Shown piece by piece: positions 51,300 through 64,000 of a stretch of 64,000 nucleotides of DNA. The position numbers and the translations under genes were made by a program. Position 1 is the stretch's first letter, and every line of letters begins with the position of its first letter. The stretch is from Eledone cirrhosa (taxonomy: Eukaryota), in the NCBI GenBank assembly GCA_964016885.1, contig OZ024741.1, positions 178,064,001-178,128,000 of the forward strand, read 5' to 3'. The notes below the pieces were generated by a model, which was not told the origin of the DNA, did no database searches, and saw only the letters and a program-made list of their open reading frames with translations.

Positions 51300-51945
51300 T
51301 TGACCTGCCCCATCAAAAGAATTGGTGGGAGCATCATGTAAGCATTTTGACCTGCCCCATCAAAAGAATTGGTGGGAGCATCAACCACCTCCCATACTTG
51401 AAAAAGATCACATCTCAATCTTGTGGAACTTTAGCATCCAAACAGACCGAAAAATAGATGCAAACAGACCTGATATAATATTGAAAGACTTTCAAAAGAG
51501 GGTATGCCTGCTAATTGATATGTCTGTTCCAATAGACAAGAATGTATCTATAAAAACATTTGAAAAATTGAGCAAGTATAAGGACCTGGAGATAGAAATT
51601 GGAAAAATGTGGAAATTGAGAACTAAAACAATACCAGTGGTTGTAGGCGCTCTGGGAATGATACCTAAGGGGTCTAATGATTACATATCGCAAATCCCAG
51701 GAAACCCGCGTATAGGAGAAATACAAAAGATAGTATTAATGGGAACTGCCCATATACTAAGGAAGATTCTGTCAATATAAGTACATCACAAGTCTAAACA
51801 CTAAAGATGCATGTGTGAATATGTATGTTCTTTCTTGAACATGGCGGACCTTGTTGTCTCTTGAGGTCACGGGTTGTGACTTGGTGATAACTCGTATGAA
51901 CATAAAGCAAGATAAATGCAACTGTAATAATAATAATAATAATAA
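51299..51945 (+). mobile_element. R4/Dong-like 3' fragment (family X) with restriction-like endonuclease
   Basis: WWEHQP..ILWNF..RPDIILKD...LLIDMSVP...EKLSKYKDL (PD-(D/E)xK RLE) and a (TAA)n tail. Confidence 0.9.
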
Positions 51946-53423
51946 CCATCAACCACCTCCTCTTCATGGACGATCTTAAACTCTTTGGGAAGAGTGTGAA
52001 GGAGTTGGATGTACTTGTTGATACAGTCCGTATTTTCAGCAATGATATATGTATGGAATTTGGTATGAATAAGAGTGTAGTCCTATTGATGAAGAGGTGT
52101 AAATTGAGCAGAAGCAAGGGAATCTAGTTACCAACAGGTGAGATGATAAAGGAAATTGACACTGAAGAGGGATACAAATATTTAGGTGTTCTGAAGTTAG
52201 ATGACATCTGAGTACATAAGGAGAGTAAGGAGCTAATTAAAATCACATCTTAATAGTAGGAATGTCATAAGCGCAGTAAATTCCCGAGTTGTGTCTATTA
52301 TTAGGTACAGTGCAGAAATTCTGAAATGGAATGTTGCTGAACAAAAAGAAATGGATAGGAAGACTAGGAAGCTATTGACTATCTACAACATGTTCCACAA
52401 GAGGAGTGGTGCCGATAGCTCTACTTAATGAGATCTGAAGATGGAAGAGGTCTTATCACCATAGAGGACTGTGTTCAGAATATGTGACTGCCAGTAGGGA
52501 GCTAATGCTCAAAATTGTACTGAAGGAGAAGACAACAGACAAGGAGATCTCCAAGGAAGAAATAACAAGGAGGAAGAGCAGCCTTCATGAAAAATCCTTC
52601 ATAGCACCTTCTTTAAGAAAACGGAATTTAGAGATCCACAGACATGGAACTGATTAAAAATAGGAGACCTTAAAAAGGCTACAGAAGGAATGCTAATGGC
52701 AGCGCAAGAGCAAGCCCTCAGAACGAAGTGGGTGAAACACCTTATTGACAAGGAGGAGGCTAGCTCACTGTGTAGGATCTGTGGAGAGAGAGAGGAGACT
52801 GTGGCTCACATTGTATCCGAGTGTAAACACCTAGCCCAGACACTCTATAAAGACTGGAGACATGATGTGATAGGCAGGGTGATCCACTGGCATCTATGCA
52901 AAGTAAACAATTTACCACATTCTGAGAAGTGGTATGAGCATAAGCCAGAGTCGGTGATAGAAAACGATCAGGTGAAGGTGCTATGGGATTTTAGGATACT
53001 GACGGGCAAGAAATTAGAACACAATAGGCCTGACCTAGTGGTTTTGGACAAGGAAAATAGATCGTGCCTCATTGTCCTTGTAGCCTGCCCATTCGACACG
53101 AGAGTGCAAGAAAAGGATAGGGAGAAAATTAACCAATACCACGATTTAAAGTGGGAGTTAAAAAGGATTTGGAACTGCCATGAAATCAAGGTCGTCCCGA
53201 TTGTCATAGGAGCACTAGGTACAATCGCAAAGAGTTTCCAACCCCGATTTTTGGAACACTTCAACAGGCATGCTAGCTGGGAACAGCAAGAAACCTCCGA
53301 TACGTCCTGAATGTCCGAGGCTGCAGGTAGCGGCTTGATATTTATTTCAACAAACTTTCCAGTTAAATAACATCAATGACTGAGACTCAAAGAACAACAA
53401 CAATAATAATAATAATAATAATC
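51946..53423 (+). mobile_element. R4/Dong-like fragment (family Y): RT C-terminus, CCHC finger, RLE
   Basis: HLLFMDDLKL, AAQEQAL, CRICGEREETVAHIVSEC, RHD, RPDLVVLD, and an (AAC/AAT)n tail. Confidence 0.9.
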
Positions 53424-54200
53424 ATGGCTCACATTAAAGAAACATTAAATGGGGGTACAAGAATATACAGTGTGGATTTTTCTTTGTGTAAAATAAAATG
53501 TATAACAAAGACTAAGAACGTTTTAAACGAACATAGCAAATTCCCCAAAGGTGAGTAGATTCTAAGGGTCACTCGTGTAGAAATCAAACAAAAGCCACGG
53601 TCACACTGTCCAGTGTTTCTACTCCAATCTGGAGGCCACTCTGACCGACTTTCAACAAACTGCTTGGAATGTAGCACTTCCCTCTCCACCCTGATTTTCC
53701 TCTTTAAATCAAAACCAAACAAGTTAATCAGGACTTCACTGAAGAGGAAAATGGTTGTCTTCAAGCCTTTCAAACATGTTCACCATACGGCTTCTTTCAC
53801 CATGGCCATCAGACACTGCTTGTCCCCTCCTTCTAAAGGAAGACGATGGGGTGGTTGTCGTAATGGATCCGTCAGCAAGTACTCGACATAGCCAACATGT
53901 CAGCAATACTCGGCGAGTAAGAACAAGATGGTGTTGTCGCCCTGCGTACACCTCGGACTGGCCTGATTGACGGCACGTCCATGCCTGTAGAGTTCATCTC
54001 TAACTGGCAATGCTCTTCGGTAGCACTGACATGCCAGAGATGTTTGGAATTTATCCATGGACCTTGGACTGAAAGTTCTCTGGAAAATAGTGGCTAGTTA
54101 ATTTTCGCCAACGCCGAGCATCTAGCCAAGGAGAACTTTAAGGTGGAGTTTCCACTGATCGTACCATTTGATTGGATGAGGGCTGTGAGCGCTTGAATGC
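53424..54200 (-). mobile_element. Diverged Tx1/L1 3' fragment
   Basis: KGLKT...LINLF.FDLKRKIRVEREVL, homologous to the C-termini of copies A-C. Confidence 0.8.
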
Positions 54201-54224
54201 ATAAAACAATTAACATTATGTAGA

Positions 54225-54830
54225 ATGTGTGGACCAAAAGAACTTGCAAAAGACAATAATGTTATCATATATATCCATTGGATGATATCTGAGAAATGTG
54301 GATTTGTGAGAGCAATTAAATGGTAGGAGCACAAACCAGAAGGTGTGTCAGACAATGACGAATTTAAGCTTTTATGGGACTTCACTGTTCAATGCAATAG
54401 AATATGTGAGGCAAAAAGGCCACATATTTTAGTTGCGAATATGATGTAAAAGGAGTCCCAAATTATCAATATACCTATCTTAAGAGATATTAGAGTGAGG
54501 GATATTGCAGGATGAGGTTGGAAATTTGTTGGGCTTGAAGGTTTTAATTACTCGTATAGTGATCGAAACATTTGGATGCATATAGGACAACTTTGAGTAC
54601 TGTGCAAATAGTATCGGAATTCATACAAGGTTACAGATAATGCAGAGGTCAGCACTTGTTACTACTGCAAGAATTTTAAAGAAAATATTGTCTATGTAAG
54701 TACAGTAGAGTATGCAGTGTGGTATCTTTATCAACTTGTCTTTAACAGCTCACTAACTGCATTGTCCAGATAATTTAACATTCATATATCTGAGACTCAC
54801 GAAAATGAACCATAGTAATTCTAATAATAA
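54225..54830 (+). mobile_element. Older R4/Dong-like RLE fragment
   Basis: KW.EHKPEGV.DNDEFKLLWDFTVQC....AKRP, with a short TAA tail. Confidence 0.7.
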
Positions 54831-55864
54831 TTATTATTATTATATTTTCTTTGATTTAGTGCAATTGCAGACAATACACTTACGTTTTAAAAGCTGGCAT
54901 TAAAAAGACATCTTTTACAATTCTGGTTGGGGTCACTTTGATAATGCTCTACTCGTAATGGTGTTCTTTCTAAACTAAAAACATTCCTGATAATGAAGGC
55001 AATATGTCAAAATCTGCCGCTAAAATTGTGTATGTCTTGTTGGCAACGTGTCTCCGTGAGATAACTATGTACCTTCTTCTAATTACAATCGGAATAAGGA
55101 CCAACCTAAGTATTTCCTTAATACTTATCGCTTTCTGAACGACATATTCTATGCAAATAACGTCAGTAAGAGCAGATAACTGCAAGGAAAGGAAGCTGTG
55201 GACATATGAATGCTAATATTGAATTGAATTTTCTAGATCAATTTATCATGCAGTTTGAAAATGACAGATTAGCAGATATAGAACACCCACCTCTTTAATA
55301 TGAACCAGCGAGTGAGTTTCTCTTTAGTGACTATACTTGCTAACTCGATGTAATAGTTAAATATTTCATAAGCGAAACTCTGCTGTCTGAAAATGATAGA
55401 AACACTGTGTAATATAGTTTTCAATACTCATTCACAGCTGAAATGATTTTATCATTGATCTACACAGTCAGGGTCCATACGGAAATATATGGCACCAACA
55501 GCAACAACGACATCTTGATTAAATGTATGAAAGAAAAAAGAAATCACATATTAACCAAATTGAAATGGCTGATTTATGAAAGTTACTGATGTTATCGGAG
55601 ACATATATTTCATTCCAAATCGTTTGTAATATAAATTCTTGCAGACCTCATAGCAATATAATGAAATACATTACGGAATGTGTATCTGTGATACTAATAA
55701 TTTATCACTTACAATCAAAGGGGAGCAATTTTCAAACAAACTGGCGTTTATGCGAAGGATGTTGATATTGGATTGGTATGTAAATGCACAGTCATGTCAA
55801 CATTTTGAATATTTAAGTTGTATTCACTCTCACTTGCATGTCATGTTTATACAGTAATAATTAT

Positions 55865-56075
55865 TTTTAACATAGGCGCAAACAAAATAATTTGCGGAAG
55901 GGGAGATTCAAATGAATCGATCCCAATACTTTACTAGAACTTTGGTTTATAGACCCCATAAAGATGAAAGGCAAAGCTGAACCGGATGGTATTTGAATTC
56001 AGAACTTAAGGGATTGGCTCTAAATGATACAAAGCGTTTTGTTCGACGTTCTAATGATACCGCCAAATCACCGCT
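55865..56075 (-). mobile_element. Degenerate SINE copy
   Basis: GACCCCATAAAGATGAAAGGCAAAG...ATTTGAATTCAGAAC...GATACCGCCAAATCACCG. Confidence 0.65.
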
Positions 56076-56909
56076 CTCTGAACAATAATGATTTATAATT
56101 TAAACACATGGCCACTAATTTGTGCGGAATTACTTAAATCATTCTTTAATTTTATCACGGAATGAAAAGAAACGTTCACGTTGGTGGGATTTGAATTTAT
56201 AACAAAAAAGGCCGCAACAAATATTGGTTAACGTTTGGCTGATATTCTGACGTCTCTGGCGATCCATGGTAATCATAGAATAAAAATAATATCGAAGAGA
56301 CTGTGCTTTGAAAAGGAAATATTAAAAAATACTGTGAGTCGAGAAATTATATAAGTATTATGAACATTGGTTACATTATCTCACCTACAGAAATACTGCG
56401 GAACGTTTCATATTTAAACAATAGATCGTGTGAAACATATTTCGTTTAACACGGAATGTTTAATTTGTCCACAATTTACCCCAAGCCTACATGGCAGCTC
56501 CCAAAGGAGTGTCGTCCTTCATAAACGAGAGGCTGCACTATAATAGTCCCTATAAATACATTGAAAGGTTTTAGTATTAGTGTACACCAACAACTCATAA
56601 AACAAGAACAATTATGATATGATGTCTATGTTATATGAAGACGCGTGAATTAGTGGTTAGTGTGTTCGGTTAATAATCGTATAGTTGTGAGTTTGCTGCC
56701 CGGTGTTGCGTTATAGTCTACCGAATCTTTCTGGAAAGTATGTTATGACTACTCATATATGTTGAATGCTCAGCTACTTGCAGGTTAATTCCATGAGCAG
56801 GTTGTCCCTAGTGTTATCTATTTTTTTTTTTTTATTTAACCGAGATTCAACCATGAACAATCATTCACTATCACTGAATTATAATAGATACTTAACTCAT
56901 ATGTATTCA

Positions 56910-58535
56910 GATAGTTGTCCCCTTTGTTGTGTGTCCTTACTCTCATTCCCTTGTCCCTCGTATTGTGAAAAGTGAGAGCAGGATACAAGCTGGGAAGAGG
57001 AGAGCTTACCATCAACCACCTCCTCTTCATGGACGATCTTAAACTCTTTGTGAAGAGTGAGAAGGGGGTGGATGTACTTGTTGACACTGTCCATATTTTC
57101 AGCAATGATATATGTATGCAATTTGATGTTAATAAGTGTGGAGTCCTAGTGATGAAGAAGGGTAAATTGAGCAGAAGCAACGGAATCCAGGTACAAAGGT
57201 GAAATGATAAAGGAAATTGACACTGAAGAGGGATACAAATATTTAGCTGTTCTGGAGGCAGATGACATCAAGAACAAACAAATGAAGGAATCGATAAGAT
57301 CTGAATACGCAAGGAGAGTAAGGAACATATTGAAATCATATCTAAATAGTAGGAATGTCATAAGTGCAGTAAATTCCCGAGCTGTGTCTATTATTAGGTA
57401 CAGTGCGGGAATTCTGAGATGGGATGTTGCTGAACAAAAAGAAATGGATAGGAAGACTAGGAAGCTATTGACTAACTACATGTTCCACAAGAGGAGTGAT
57501 GCCGATAGACTCTACTTAAGGAGATCTGAAGGTGGAAGAGGTCTTATCAGCATAGAGGACTGTGTTCAGATAGAGAAAAATAACCTGCAAAAATATGACT
57601 GACAGTAGGGAGCCAATACCCAAAATTGTACTGAAGGAGAAGACGACAGACCAGGGGATGTCCAAGGAAGAAATAACAACAAGGAGACAGGGCAACCTTC
57701 ATGAAAAATCCTTTCATATTACCTTCTGTAAGAAAACGGAATTTAGATATCCACAGACATGGAACTGCTTAAAAAGAGGAGATCTGTAAAAGGCTACAGA
57801 AGGAATGCTAATGGCTGCGCAAGGGCAAGCCCACAGAACAAAGTGGTTGAAACACCATATTGACAAAGAGGAGGCTAGCCCAGTGTGTAGGATCTGTGGA
57901 GAGAGAGAGGAGATTGTGGCTCACATTGTATCCGAGTGTAAACACCTAGCCCAGACTCACTATAAAGGCTGGATACATGGTTTGATAGGCAGGGTGATCC
58001 ACTGGCATCTATGCAAAGTAAACAATTTACCACATTCTGAGAAGTGGTATGAGCATAAGCCAGAGTCGGTGATAGAAAACGATCAGCTGAAGGTGCTATG
58101 AGATTTTAGGATACAGACGTGCAATAAATTAGAACACAATAGGCCTGACCTGGTGGTTTTGGACAAGGAAAAAAGATTGTGCCTGATTGACACAAGATTG
58201 CAAGAAAAGGAGAGGGAGAAAATTAACCGATACCAGGATTTGAAGTGGGAGTTAAAAAGGATTTGGAACTGCCATGAGATCGAGGTCGTCGCGATTGCCA
58301 TAGGCGCACTAGTTACTATCTCAAAGAGTTTGCAAGGATGGTTAAAGAAGATTAGTCCAGCCCCATTCTTTGGAGCACTTCAAAAGGCATGATTGCTGGG
58401 AACAGCAAGAACCCTCCGATACGTCCTGAATGTCTGAGGCTGCAGGGTGTGGTTTGATATTCATTTCAACAAACTTTCCAGTTAAATAACATCAATGACT
58501 GAGACTCAAAGAATGATGATAATAATAATAATAAT
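56910..58535 (+). mobile_element. R4/Dong-like fragment (family Y)
   Basis: FMDDLKLF, YKYL, GGRGLISIE, CRICGERE, RLE, and the 3' end ACTGAGACTCAAAGAA + (AAT)n. Confidence 0.9.
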
Positions 58536-58669
58536 ATTAAAGGTTGTGTCATAAATTATATATCCATGTTTTGAGCATTTTACTTAATGGTATTAGTGCG
58601 ATGGATTATAACCTTAGAAACTTCTCACTACATTCTAAACTTGACTCTTAGATTCTAACCCTCAAGGGT

Positions 58670-59765
58670 TCTATCTTGCGTGACCACAATGTATACAATT
58701 TTAACATCAGTCCTAACTGAATATACATATGATCACCTGATATCAAATGATCTATTTTCCAATGAGCAGAAAGGGTGTAAACGTGGCTCATATGGCTATA
58801 ATTATCAGCTTTTCGTTAACAAAATGATACTGGAAGATTGATATAATAGACACAAAAATCTATCAATTCCTTGGATAGATTACAATAAAGCATTCTATAG
58901 TTTGCCACACAGTTGGATTGAAAAGTGGTTAGAGATTTTCAAAATATCTCCCGTTGTCTGGAGGTCCCTGTCATTCAGTATGAAGTCATGGAAAACAACA
59001 CTCCTTTTGAATAGTGAAAACAAATCACTGGAAGCTGGAGAAGTTAATATTAATTATGGAATTCTTCAGGGTGACTCTTTATCACCGCTTTTATTCTGCA
59101 TCGCACTTATACCATTAAGTAAAATGCTCAATGAAACAAGACATGGATATAAAGTCTATGACAAAACCTAAACAGACCGACAGAGCTGCATAATACATAC
59201 ATTCGATAAAGTGTAAGCATTTTGACCTGCCCCATCAAAAGAATTGGTGGGAGCATCAACCACCTCCCGTACTTGACAAAGATCACATCTCAATCTTGTG
59301 GAACTTTAGCATGCAAACAGACCGAAAAATAGATGCAAAAAGACCTGATATAATACTGAAGGACATTAAAAAGAGGGTATGCCTGCTAATTGATATGTCT
59401 GTTCCAATAGACAAGAATGTATCTATAAAAAACATTTAAAATGTTGAGCAAGTATAAAGAGATGTGGAAGATGAGAATGAAAACAACACCAGTGGTTGTA
59501 GGCGCTCTAGGAATGATACCTAAGGGGCCTAGTGATTACATTTCGCAAATCCCGGGATACCGGCATATAGGAGAAATACAAAAGATAGTACTAATGGGAA
59601 CTCCCCATATACTAAGGAAGATTTTGTCAATATAAGTACATCACAAGACTAAACAACTAATGATGCATGTGTGTGAATGTATGTTCTTTCTTGAACATGG
59701 CGGACCTTGTTGTCTCTTGATAACTCGTATAAAACAAGATAAATGCAACTATAATAATAATAATA
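58670..59765 (+). mobile_element. R4/Dong-like element (family X 3' end) with a large internal deletion near 59170
   Basis: EQKGC, WIDYNKAF.SLPHSWI and GILQGDSLSPLLF, then a jump to the RLE region and family X 3' UTR. Confidence 0.85.
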
Positions 59766-59810
<45 letters not shown>

Positions 59811-62240
59811 GTTCTTTGAGTCACAATCATTGATGTTATTTAACTGGAAAGTTTGTTGAATTGAATAACAAGCTGCTACCTGCAGCCTCAGATATTCAAG
59901 ACGTATCGGAGGGTTCTTGCTGTTCTCAGCAAGCGTGGCTTTTGAAGTGTTCCAAAAAGCGGGGCTGGATTAATTTTCTTTAACCATCCCCGGAAACTCC
60001 TTGAGATTGTACCTAGTGCACCTATGATAATCGGGACAACTTTGACTTCATGGCAGTTCCAAATCCTTTTTAACTCCCACTTTAATTCCTGGTATCGGTT
60101 AATTTTCTCCCTCTCCTTCTCTTGCACTCTCGTATCGAATGGGCAGGCCACATCCACAATCAGGCACGATCTTGTTCCTTGTCCAAAACCACCAGGCCAG
60201 GTCTATTGTGTTCCAGTTTGTGTCCGTCTGTATCCTAAAATCCCACAGCACCTTCACCTGATCGTTTTCTATCAACGACTCTGGCTTATGCTCATACCAC
60301 TTCTCAGAATGTGGTAAATTGTTTACTTTGCATAGGTGCCAGTAGATCACCCTGTCCATCACATCATGTCTCCAGCCCTTATAGTGAGTCTGGGCTAGGT
60401 GTTTACACTCGGATACAATGTGAGCCACAGTCTCCTCTCTCACTCCACAGATCCTGCACAGTGGGCTAGCCTCCTCCTTGTAAATATGGTGTTTCAACCA
60501 GTTCGTTTTGAGGGCCTGCTCTTGCGCTACCATTAACATTCCTTCTGTAGCCTTTTTAAGGTCTCCTCTTTTCAACCAGTTCCATGTCTGTGGATCTCTG
60601 AATTCAGTTTTCTCAAAGAAGGTACTATGAAGGGATTTTTCATTAAGGCTGCTCTTTCTCCTTGTTGTTATTTCCTCCTTGGACATCCCCTGGTCTATTG
60701 TTTTCTCCTTCAGTACAATTCTGAGCATTGGCTCCTTACTATTAGTCACGTATTTGTGTAGGTTGTTTTTCTCCATCTGAACACAGTCCTCTATGCTGAT
60801 AAAACCCCTTCCACCTTCAGATCTCTTAAGTAGAGTCTATCGACATCACTCCTCTTGTGGAACATGTAGATAGTCAATAGCTTCCTAGTCTTCCTATCCA
60901 TTTCTTTTTGTTCAGCAACATTCATCTCAGAATTCCCGCACTGTACCTAATAATAGACACAGCTCGGGAATTTACTGCACTTATGGCATTCCTACTGTTC
61001 AGATGTGACTTTAATACGCTCCTTACTCTCCGAATGTATTCAGATCTTATCAATTCCTTCATTTTTTTGTTCTTGATGTCATCAGCCTCCAGAACACCCA
61101 ACTACTTGTATCCTTCTTCGGTGTCAATTTCCTTTATCATCTCACCTGTTGCTACCTGGATTCCGTTCCTTCTGCTCAATTTACTCCTCTTCATCACAAG
61201 GACACCACACTTACTAATACCAAATTGCATACATATATCATTGCTGAAAATATGGACAGTGTCAACAAGCACATCCAACTCCTTCTCACTCTTCCCGAAG
61301 AGCGTCCATGAAGAGGAGGTGATTGATGGTAAGCTCTCACTTTCCCAACTTGTATCCTACTCTCACTTTTCGCAGTATAATGGTCAGGCATCAGGGCAAG
61401 GACAAATAACAGAGGGGACAGACTATCTCCCTGGAAGATACCTCTCTTGATCCTCACGCCTCCCAAGGATTCTCCAGCTGATGTTAACTCTGTTTTCCAG
61501 GACTTCATACTTTTGCCCAACAACTGTCTGATGGTATCTGCCACCTTGAAGATCTCTAGGCTTTTGTTGATCCAAGAATGAGGTACCATGTCAAATGCCT
61601 TTTTTGTAGTCTATCAATCCCATGGCAAGACCAGTGTGTCTCCTCTTGCAATTTCTCATTACCATCTTATCAATAAGTGACTGGTCCTTTGTACCACGGG
61701 ACTTCTTTCGGCATCCTTTCTGTTCGTCCGGTAACAAGTTGTTTGTGTGGAGGTGATGCTAGATTTCCTCAGACATAATGCTTGTCAACAGTTTCCACAT
61801 TACGGACAGACATGTGATAGGTCTATATTTGGTAACATCATTACCCTTGATTCGGTATTTCATTACCAGAACTGTGGCACCTTTTGTCAACCACTCTGGT
61901 ACCTCACCTGACATCAAGCAGTCATTGAACATGGTTGTCAGTTTCGGGTGGAGGGATGTTATATTTTTAATCCAATACCCCTGCACACCATATGGGCCTG
62001 GTGATTTCCAGTTGGTTAGTTTTTTGGCCTGCCCCTTAAGAGTTTCAACTGTGATACTCAAATCAGTTTGTTGGTGTGCCTGTTCACTAATCTCCTTTTG
62101 TCTCAATCCACACTGCCTGGTCATTATGTTTAACATCCTGCTCCCATATTCCTCTCCAGAATGTCTTAGTTTGTTCCGCCTCAGGGATCAAGTCGTTGCC
62201 TCTTTCTTTCCCTTCAAGCTGTCCAAACAGCATCTTGTGG
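59766..62240 (-). mobile_element. R4/Dong-like element (family Y), longest copy, minus strand
   Basis: WKSPGP, YRPITCL, GIFQGDSLSPLLF, CRICG..EETVAHIVSEC, RHD and DVACP. The tail appears as (ATT)n on +. Confidence 0.92.
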
Positions 62241-62244
62241 TTGT

Positions 62245-62400
62245 TGTTATTATTATTATTATTATTGTTGTTATTTCTCTTTGAGTCTCAGTCATTGATG
62301 TTAGTTAACTGGAAAGTGTGTTGAAATGAATATCAAGACACTACCTGCAGCCTCAGATATTCAGGACGTATCGGAGTGTTCTTGCTGTTCCCAGCAAGCA
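62245..62400 (-). mobile_element. Short 3' end of a family Y Dong-like element
   Basis: Reverse complement of ...CTGGGAACAGCAAGAAC..CCGATACGTCCTGAAT...ACTGAGACTCAAAG plus tail. Confidence 0.85.
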
Positions 62401-64000
62401 TTATTCCAGGTCGACTCACCTTCACCCTTGCTTTTCTGCATAGCATTAATACCCCTTACATCCGAACTTAATAGAACAGGGTACGGTTATATAAATGACA
62501 ACAAAAAAATAAGCCACCTATTTTATATGGATGATTTGAAGCTATATTGCAAAGATAATTACGAACTTGAAGGCCTTTTGCCGACAGTAAAAACGTTTAG
62601 CGATGACATCAGGGTGGAGTTTGGACTTGGCAACTGTACAAAAGCCACTTCCAAGAAGGGGAAGCTTGTCAACTCAGACTCAGTTGAATTGGATGCTGAA
62701 ACAACCATAAAGGAACAAGCCTATAAATACTTAGGGATTAATGAGGGCTCTGGTATACAGCATGCAAGCATGAAAAAGAGGATAAGGAAAGAATGTTACA
62801 GGAGAGTACGTGCAGTTCTGAGATTAGAACTAAACGCTCGTAACAAGGTGCTAGCCATAAATTCCTTGGCAGTCCCAATTGTCACTTATAGCTTTGGTGT
62901 CTTGAACTGGAATATGAGTGAAATTAAAAGAATCGACACAAAAATCCGAAGCTACTGCCCTGTAATAGGATGCACCACCCAAAAGCAGATCTGGATCATT
63001 TTTACCTTCCTAGAACTCAAGGAGGTCGTGGCCTGATCCAATTTGAACTTGCTTACAAGACCACCATCATTGAACTTGCCAAATACATTGAAACAACTAA
63101 CGACTGTATGATGAAACTTGTTGAAAAGCATGAGAGAAGTAAGAAGCTTCATTCTATCTTGAAGGAAGGCAAGAAAAATGCTACTGATCTCATACTTTAT
63201 ACCCAGGATGGACAGACTAAAGAAGCTGATGCAACTGATGCTGCTAGTCACATAAAATCACTGGCAAAACCAAAAGGGTAAGAACAATTAGCATCAAATT
63301 GGGAGCAGAAACCTGTGCATGGCAAAATGTGGCCCCTAGCAAACAAGCTGATGTTGACCAAAGGCACATAAATCAGTGGCTACGTAGTTCAGGGCTAAAG
63401 GCGGAGAGTGAAGGCTTCATCTTAGCTGCCCAAGATCAAAGCTTATTGACTCGTAATTACCAGGCCAATGTGATGAGAAACGGAATAAATCAAAAGTGCC
63501 GATTCTGCAATGCTGAGGTTGAAACAGTGGAGTACTTAGTCTGTGGATGTAAAGTTTTAGTATCAGTAGAATACAAATATAGACATGACAGAGTTGGCCA
63601 ATATCTACACTGGGTAATATGTCGGCATTACAAAATCAAAGCTGAAGACAAGTGGTACAATCATCACCCTGAGGCTGTAACTGAAGAAGAAAAAGTAACA
63701 ATTCTCTGGGACTTTCCTGTACATACTGACAGGACCATAAAAGCAAAGAGAACTGACATCTTTGTAAAAGATCAACATAACAAGGTCTGTTTATTGATAG
63801 ATATGAGCATTCCATGTGATCACAATATCGCGGCAAAGGAATTTGACAAGCTACGAAAATATAAAGATCTGCTTATTGAAATTGAGAAAATGTGGCACCT
63901 CAAGGCCGTTACAATACCAGTGATTGTGGGAGGACTGGGAATGATGAAGAAAGGACCAGAACAATATTTGCGAATTCCTGGTTTATCCTCTCTGCACGAG
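62401..64000 (+). mobile_element. R4/Dong-like element of another family, running off the window end
   Basis: SPLLFCIALIPL, FYMDDLKLY, GGRGL, AAQDQ, CRFC..EVETVE, RHDRV, ILWDF and KYKDL. Confidence 0.9.

Noticed and set aside
51322-53310. Restriction-like nuclease plus RT read as a prokaryotic retron or defence system
   Set aside because: The RT-CCHC-RHD-PD..D order, 5' truncations and (TAA)n tails are those of R4/Dong non-LTR retrotransposons.

Overview
This is a eukaryotic, AT-rich, repeat-dominated window. I could not support any host protein-coding gene. The long (TA)n, (CA)n, (GA)n and (AAT)n microsatellites and the tRNA-derived SINEs with a CCTTTCATCCTTACGGGGTCGATAAAATAAAGTACCAG core suggest a mollusc, probably an octopus (inference). 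Content: three near-full-length but decayed Tx1/L1-clade LINEs plus two 3' fragments; a nest of R4/Dong-type (RT + restriction-like endonuclease) LINE fragments; two Penelope-like element (PLE) fossils; an RTE 3' end; many SINEs; a tandem non-autonomous Helitron; and a probable hAT fossil. Two patterns stand out. (1) Short non-coding fold-back palindromes next to (TA)n tracts; several carry outward-facing minimal type I hammerhead ribozyme motifs, and a separate near-perfect hammerhead lies at 6890-6953. (2) An (AAT)n/(ATT)n hotspot where Tx1 LINEs and SINEs sit in one polarity and Dong-like LINEs in the opposite polarity. All alignments and folds were done by eye, so boundaries are approximate.
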